Positions 58,961-64,000 of a stretch of DNA of 64,000 nt are shown here, piece by piece. Position 1 is the first letter of the stretch, and each line of letters starts with the position of its first letter. The translations under genes were made by a program, and so were the position numbers. The stretch is taken from the NCBI GenBank assembly GCA_963729715.1, contig CAVSPA010000006.1:352001-416000 (forward strand). Reading direction: 5' to 3'. Below the pieces are notes generated by a model, which saw nothing but the letters and a program-made list of their open reading frames with translations, ran no database searches and was not told where the DNA came from. Source of the stretch: an uncultured delta proteobacterium (GTDB lineage: Bacteria; Desulfobacterota; Syntrophia; Syntrophales; UBA2185).

Positions 58961-59047
58961 GCATCAAAGAGCTTCTTGAAAAATCAACATAATGCGTTCT
59001 GAAGCATCCCTCGATATATTCATAGAGACACTATCGTGAGCCTTCTC

Positions 59048-59740
59048 ATGAAGACAGTGGCGATCATCCCTGCCGCGGGTTCAAGCAAACGGATGCATAA
59101 TAATGTATCAAAGCAGTATCTCTTGCTTGACGGTGTTCCCGTGCTGGCACGTACCCTGGAAATATTTCAGAGGTCGCCGGGAATAGGTGAGATATTTCTC
59201 ATTGTACCAGAGGCGGACATTGACTACGCTCATAAACACATTGTTGACAGATACGCGATTTCCAAGGTCAGCAACATATTAGCGGGGGGGAAGGAAAGAC
59301 AGGACTCTGTACGAAAGGGCATTGATGCTTTGGGGAGCGGTCATGATATCGTCGTTATTCACGACGGCGTCAGGCCTTTCATATCGGAAGAGTTAATCCA
59401 TTCGGCCATTATGGAGGCGTCGTGGGCGAAAGCGGTGACGGCAGGAGTCCCCGTTAAGGACACTGTCAAATCAATCGATCATCATGGGATTGTCGTGGAG
59501 ACACTCAACCGTAACCATCTGTGGCTGACGCAAACGCCCCAGGCTTTTGAAAGGGACGTTATAAAAAAGGCCTATGAAGCAGCATACAGAGACAACTACT
59601 ATGGGACAGATGACGCCTCTCTTGTAGAGAGGATAGGCGTCAAGGTCATGATGATTCGCGGTTCCTACGATAATATTAAGATCACTACGAAAGACGATAT
59701 TATGCTGGCGGAGATCCTTACGAGAAGGCTCACGCGATAG
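59048..59740 (+). CDS. ispD: 2-C-methyl-D-erythritol 4-phosphate cytidylyltransferase
   Basis: IPAAG..RM...KQYL, GGKERQDSV, HDGVRP, QTPQAF, TDD, NIKITT. Confidence 0.96.
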   Translation: MKTVAIIPAAGSSKRMHNNVSKQYLLLDGVPVLARTLEIFQRSPGIGEIFLIVPEADIDYAHKHIVDRYAISKVSNILAGGKERQDSVRKGIDALGSGHDIVVIHDGVRPFISEELIHSAIMEASWAKAVTAGVPVKDTVKSIDHHGIVVETLNRNHLWLTQTPQAFERDVIKKAYEAAYRDNYYGTDDASLVERIGVKVMMIRGSYDNIKITTKDDIMLAEILTRRLTR

Positions 59741-59839
59741 GGTACTACTTTGAGTGAAGGCACAATGTAATTTGTAAGGAGCCAATTTGTGCCGGGTCAT
59801 GGCTTGACTGAAACACCGGCGGCCAAGAAAAGGACTGAA

Positions 59840-60322
59840 ATGAGAATAGGGTTCGGATATGACAGTCACCGGCTGGTTGATGGGAGGATACTTATACTCG
59901 GAGGAGTAGTCATCCCTCATGAGAAGGGGCTTCTCGGCCACTCAGATGCGGATGTGCTTGTCCATGCCATATGTGACGCCATAATCGGCGCCATAGCGGA
60001 TGGAGACATCGGCAGATATTTTCCCGATACAGATCCTGCTTACGAAGGCATATCGAGTCTGAAATTGCTGCATCTGGTTTGTGTCAAGGCAGGAGGAAAA
60101 GGATTTGTCGTGAATAATATAGATTCTACGGTCGTCCTGGAAAGGCCGAGATTGATGGACCACATACATAATATGGAATCTAATATTGCGAATACATTAA
60201 ACATCCCGGTGGAGAAGGTTAATGTCAAGGCGAAAACCAACGAAGGGATGGGGTTCCCGGGACGTGGAGAAGGAATCGCCGCCTTTGCAGTAGCCACGGT
60301 TATCGAAAAGGATGGCAGATGA
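59840..60322 (+). CDS. ispF: 2-C-methyl-D-erythritol 2,4-cyclodiphosphate synthase
   Basis: MRIGFGYDSH, GHSDADV..HA..DA, GDIG..FP, VKAKT.E.MG..GRGEG. Confidence 0.96.
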   Translation: MRIGFGYDSHRLVDGRILILGGVVIPHEKGLLGHSDADVLVHAICDAIIGAIADGDIGRYFPDTDPAYEGISSLKLLHLVCVKAGGKGFVVNNIDSTVVLERPRLMDHIHNMESNIANTLNIPVEKVNVKAKTNEGMGFPGRGEGIAAFAVATVIEKDGR

Positions 60323-61767
60323 CGTCACATAGACCGAGGGTCAGATTTGCACCATCGCCGACGGGAGACCTTCATGTCGGGAATGCGAGAACGGCCCTGT
60401 TTAATTGGCTCTTTGCCAAGCACTATGGTGGCGACTTCATCCTGCGGATAGAAGACACCGATCAGGAAAGGACTTCTCCTGTCTTTGAAAAGAACATTCT
60501 TGAAGATCTGAAATGGCTCTCTCTGGAATGGGATGAAGGCCCGGAGAAGGGCGGCAGTCTGGGGCCGTACCATCAGATTAAGAGGCTTGACCTCTACGAT
60601 AAATACATAAGAGAGCTGAAGAGCGCCGGCAAAGTATACCCCTGTTACTGTACGGAAGAAGAATTGGAGGCGGAACGCGCCTCACTCCTCGCCATGAGGA
60701 TGATGCCGAGGTACATGGGGAAGTGTAAGAAACTGACGGACAAGGAACGTGAGGCGCTTGAAGAGAGCGGCAGGAAATCGGCCCTTCGTTTCAGCGTGGA
60801 CAAAGGGGCTATCGAATTTAACGATCTCATTCGGGGAGAAATGAAATTTGAGGGTGAGGCCATCGGTGATTTTATTATAGTCCGTTCCAATCGTATTCCT
60901 TCGTATAACTTTGCCGCCGTCGTGGACGATCACCTTATGGAGATTACCCATGTCATCCGCGGAGAAGACCACCTCTCCAACACGGCGATTCAGCTTCTTC
61001 TCTATAGAGCCCTTGATTTTGAACCGCCTGTATTTGCCCACCATTCACTCGTTCTGGGGAAAGACCGCACAAAATTGAGCAAACGTCATGGGTCGGTCAC
61101 CGTCCGGGAATTTAGAAGCAGGGGAATCCTGTCTCCCGCGCTCTTAAACTATCTGTCTCTTCTCGGAGGTTCGCTCGGGGAAGGAAAAGAAGTTGCTTCC
61201 ATGGAAGAGATCATCAACATGTTTTCTCTCGAGAGGGCCGGCAAGAGTGGGGCCATCTTTGATGAAGCCAAGCTAAAATGGCTGAATGCAATATACATCA
61301 GGAATTGCGATGTGGATAAGCTTACGGAATTGCTTCTCCCGTTTATCAGAGAGGCCGGCTATGACGTTGATCTTATGAATCGCGAATGGCTTCATCAGGT
61401 TGTTGAGGCTCTGAGAGACAACCTCGCGACATTGGCCGACGTCGGTCTATACCTGGATATTTTTATTGACGACAGGTACTCAATGTCAGACGAGGCGAGG
61501 GCGATCCTCAGGGAGGATACTGCTGCCGTAGTGAGAGTACTTCACGAAGAGTTGGAGCAGCGAAACATTCCTGAGCGAGATTTCTACCATGATCTGATCA
61601 GATCCGTGAAGAGAAGGACGGGCCTTAAGGCAAAGAATCTGTTTCTCCCGATCAGGGCAGCGGTGACGGGCAGGATCTCGGGACCAGAGCTGGAAAAAGT
61701 CTTTGCTATTCTCGGTAAAGAATCAATCGTGAGACGGCTGGAGCACGCAATGCAAATAGCCACCTGA
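60319..61767 (+). CDS. gltX: Glutamate--tRNA ligase
   Basis: RFAPSPTG, HVGN, LRIEDTD, CYC, RGEDH, KLSKR, anticodon-binding domain. Confidence 0.95.
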   Translation: MTSHRPRVRFAPSPTGDLHVGNARTALFNWLFAKHYGGDFILRIEDTDQERTSPVFEKNILEDLKWLSLEWDEGPEKGGSLGPYHQIKRLDLYDKYIRELKSAGKVYPCYCTEEELEAERASLLAMRMMPRYMGKCKKLTDKEREALEESGRKSALRFSVDKGAIEFNDLIRGEMKFEGEAIGDFIIVRSNRIPSYNFAAVVDDHLMEITHVIRGEDHLSNTAIQLLLYRALDFEPPVFAHHSLVLGKDRTKLSKRHGSVTVREFRSRGILSPALLNYLSLLGGSLGEGKEVASMEEIINMFSLERAGKSGAIFDEAKLKWLNAIYIRNCDVDKLTELLLPFIREAGYDVDLMNREWLHQVVEALRDNLATLADVGLYLDIFIDDRYSMSDEARAILREDTAAVVRVLHEELEQRNIPERDFYHDLIRSVKRRTGLKAKNLFLPIRAAVTGRISGPELEKVFAILGKESIVRRLEHAMQIAT

Positions 61768-62067
61768 CAGTTGATCCATATCTTTTACCCTGATTCTTTA
61801 CAGACACAACGTTGTGAATGTTACCGATTAACGGTTGAAACATCGCTTGCGTCCGTTATCCGCATGCTTATCAAGAATCACCTCACCTTATGATATTCCG
61901 CCTTAATCAGCAAATTGGAAGCGGGCAGTCAGGTTTCTAGCGGCCACAAATCAGGATATTACCGATTGTGAATCAGTGTCCAGTTCTGTATGTAAAAACT
62001 AAATATTGTTGTGCTCTATAATCACTCGATCACCTTTGTTGTGCGAGAGCCGAGATGATGGGGGTTG

Positions 62068-62085
62068 CATGAAACCGGTTTCATG
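62068..62085. promoter_or_regulatory. Perfect 18-bp palindrome CATGAAACCGGTTTCATG, LacI-type operator-like
   Basis: Exact self-complementary sequence 50 bp upstream of a small gene. Confidence 0.5.
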
Positions 62086-62134
62086 GATCGATTTATAATC
62101 CGAGAGAATCTCATGCTTCCCAAAGGAGGTTCAA

Positions 62135-62311
62135 ATGCTGCGGTTGGCTACCGCCGTGCTGATTGTCTTATGGCTATTGGGGCTCATAACTGGTTTTACG
62201 ATGAGTTCATTCATTCATGTCCTTCCCGTGCTTGCCATTATTATCGAATTGATCAGGATCGGGGACTCGGATGAGAAAACCTTTGCGGCGAACTCGCAAA
62301 TAGAAGAATGA
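62135..62311 (+). CDS. lmo0937/DUF5670-like small membrane protein (58 aa, not in the ORF track)
   Basis: AAGGAGGT RBS; MLRLATAVLIVLWLLGLITGFTMSSFIHVLPVLAIII matches the family pattern LWLLG.....G..IH.L.V.A. Confidence 0.75.
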   Translation: MLRLATAVLIVLWLLGLITGFTMSSFIHVLPVLAIIIELIRIGDSDEKTFAANSQIEE

Positions 62312-62460
62312 ACTTTACATAAAGCAGATATGCGAGAGCAGATGGACGAATAGGCCGGCTTTTTCTATATGACGCCATTCCTGTTTCCGGCACGGAACGC
62401 GTGATAAACACAGCTGCGTGGGTCAATTCACTTCCTGAAAAATTAGTTCTCAACTTTGAA

Positions 62461-62489
62461 TTGACATTTTCACCCTTCCCGTTTAGACT
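62461..62489 (+). promoter_or_regulatory. sigma70 promoter
   Basis: TTGACA-N17-TAGACT upstream of the DUF2284 gene. Confidence 0.65.
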
Positions 62490-62525
62490 CCACCAAGATC
62501 ACCAATTCATATTAAGGAGAGCCGC

Positions 62526-63065
62526 ATGAAAGGATCGGACCTGGAAAAATATTGTGAAAAAGCCATTCAAAGCGGAGCGACCCACGCCAAAGAGATTCAT
62601 CCGAACAGCGTCGTAACGGCCCCCTGGGTCATGATGAAATGCCTGTACGGATGCCAGTACAGGGCAGGCTTCTGCTGCCCTCCCCATTCGCCCACGCATG
62701 ACCAGACGAGAGAGGTCTTGGGCTCTTATCGACGTGCCATCCTCTTTCATCGGGAAGCTCCCAGGACCAAAGAACGGGGGGAGCTAAACATGAAATACTT
62801 CGACATGCTCCTGACGATGGAAGGAGACCTCTTCAAGGACGGCTATTACAAGGCCTTTGCGATACTGGCCGGTCCCTGCGCACTGTGCAAGGAGTGCGGT
62901 AAAGTCCAGGGAATTCCCTGCCGATTCCCGGCTAAGGCAAGACCGTCTATGGAAGCATGCGGAATCGACGTTTTCCAGACGGCGAGGAACAGCGGCTTTT
63001 TCATAGAAACCCTCCGAGAGAAAACAGAAACACAAAACCTTTATTGCCTCATACTTGTCGATTGA
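62526..63065 (+). CDS. DUF2284 Cys-rich metal-binding protein
   Basis: KC.YGC..Y....CCPP, GPC.LC.EC, CRFP.KARPSMEACGIDV. Confidence 0.85.
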   Translation: MKGSDLEKYCEKAIQSGATHAKEIHPNSVVTAPWVMMKCLYGCQYRAGFCCPPHSPTHDQTREVLGSYRRAILFHREAPRTKERGELNMKYFDMLLTMEGDLFKDGYYKAFAILAGPCALCKECGKVQGIPCRFPAKARPSMEACGIDVFQTARNSGFFIETLREKTETQNLYCLILVD

Positions 63066-63420
63066 TATTCTTCTTTAACTAATTGAAGTCGTGCATGCCG
63101 GAAATTTGCAGGGTTCAGTGAGCAGTCAGGGTTACAAAAATATGGCAAAAAAAGAAAATGACTTCGACATAATCCGTGAGCAACGGGGGTTCATCAAGCT
63201 GATCGGTCAATAAAGGGAAAAGCCGCATACACGGCTCTCCAAGTCTAAATTTGCGCCGAGGGTAAGTGAAGAATGTCCCGTAAAGGGAAAGAAGATCGAA
63301 CCGGAAAGCGAGAGAAAAGCGGATTTCTATCTTGACCAAAATGGGTCTATAAGATATATATTGCCGTCCTTTTCCCGGGAAAAATATTAAACTGATTGGA
63401 CGCTGAAGAAAGGGGGCACT

Positions 63421-64000
63421 ATGAAATTTATTGACGAGATCGATCTCAAGGGTAAAAAGGTTTTATTCAGGTTTGACTATAATGTTCCTTTGGACAGTAC
63501 CTTGAACATAACTGATGATATCAGAATAAGAGCGACGCTTCCGACGATTAATTATGCCCTCGATGAGGGAGCAAAAGTGATAATTATGTCTCATCTCGGA
63601 CGCCCCAAAGGAAAGGTTTCTCCTGAGTTTAGTCTTGCTCCGGTGGCGAAAAGGTTATCCCGGCTCCTGAACAAGGAGGTCATGTTGGCAAAAGACTGCA
63701 TCGGCAGCGAGGTCAAAAAATTAGTTGCAGGCATGACTCCGGGGAGCGTTGTCCTTCTTGAGAACCTGAGGTTCCACACTGAAGAGGAAAAGAATGCCGA
63801 CGAATTTGCTAAGGAACTGGCCAGTCTCGGGGATGTTTATATTGACGATGCCTTCGGAAATGCCCACAGAAAACATGCATCAAATGTGGGAATCATCAAG
63901 TTTATAAAAGAATCCGGGGCAGGCTTCCTGATAAAGCAGGAGTTGAATTACTTAAAGAAGGCTGTGGATAATCCGGCGAGACCATTTGTCGCTATTATCG
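63421..64000 (+). CDS. pgk: Phosphoglycerate kinase (3'-truncated by the window edge; not in the ORF track)
   Basis: [56 protein letters not shown]. Confidence 0.95.
   Translation, partial: MKFIDEIDLKGKKVLFRFDYNVPLDSTLNITDDIRIRATLPTINYALDEGAKVIIMSHLGRPKGKVSPEFSLAPVAKRLSRLLNKEVMLAKDCIGSEVKKLVAGMTPGSVVLLENLRFHTEEEKNADEFAKELASLGDVYIDDAFGNAHRKHASNVGIIKFIKESGAGFLIKQELNYLKKAVDNPARPFVAII

Noticed and set aside
61768..62060. Possible tRNA or c-di-GMP riboswitch after gltX (minus-strand GGACGCAA; CACAACGTTGTG palindrome; TGATTCTT/AAGAATCA arms)
   Set aside because: The other GEMM elements and tRNA arms are missing, and such short palindromes can arise by chance.
1..64000. Numerous 60-220 aa ORFs antisense or out of frame to the called genes
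   Set aside because: They overlap well-supported genes and show no recognisable motifs, so they are treated as shadow ORFs.
1..64000. tRNA, rRNA, CRISPR array, transposase, integrase or prophage genes
   Set aside because: No cloverleaf, regularly spaced repeats or mobile-element motifs were seen by eye. A covariance-model scan would be needed to exclude RNA genes fully.

Overview
A 64 kb gene-dense chromosomal segment from an anaerobic bacterium, probably a syntrophic deltaproteobacterium (Syntrophales-like). That placement is inferred from gene content and style only. The window holds about 57 CDSs and no recognisable rRNA, tRNA, CRISPR array or transposase. In order: ktrB/ktrA K+ uptake; an acyl-CoA activation/oxidation cluster; a KimA-like K+ transporter; a liv-type ABC transporter with phenylacetate-CoA ligase; tatD-thiN-thiD-cca-nlpC-rfbB-methyltransferase; a signalling cassette; an Na/Pi transporter; mtaB-rnc-radical SAM-era-der; dciA with a macrodomain gene and an iPGM-like gene; pcm-nlpD; carD-PIN/TRAM-ispD-ispF-gltX; and the start of pgk. 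Two things stand out. (1) A three-gene minus-strand operon (29651-36743) encodes a tandem-PilZ/GNAT-like protein, a V4R-like/TM/GAF/PAS hybrid kinase and an enolase-superfamily enzyme fused to a Cys-nucleophile alpha/beta-hydrolase. It looks like a candidate make/sense/destroy small-molecule signalling system. (2) The cofactor-independent phosphoglycerate mutase (51958-53592) is circularly permuted, with its two halves in swapped order. Smaller items: a possible leader peptide before the liv-paaK operon, a perfect-consensus promoter that predicts a leaderless mRNA, a REP-like element, and a 58-aa membrane protein missed by the ORF track with an 18-bp palindrome upstream. All family calls come from motif recognition by eye, not from database searches.
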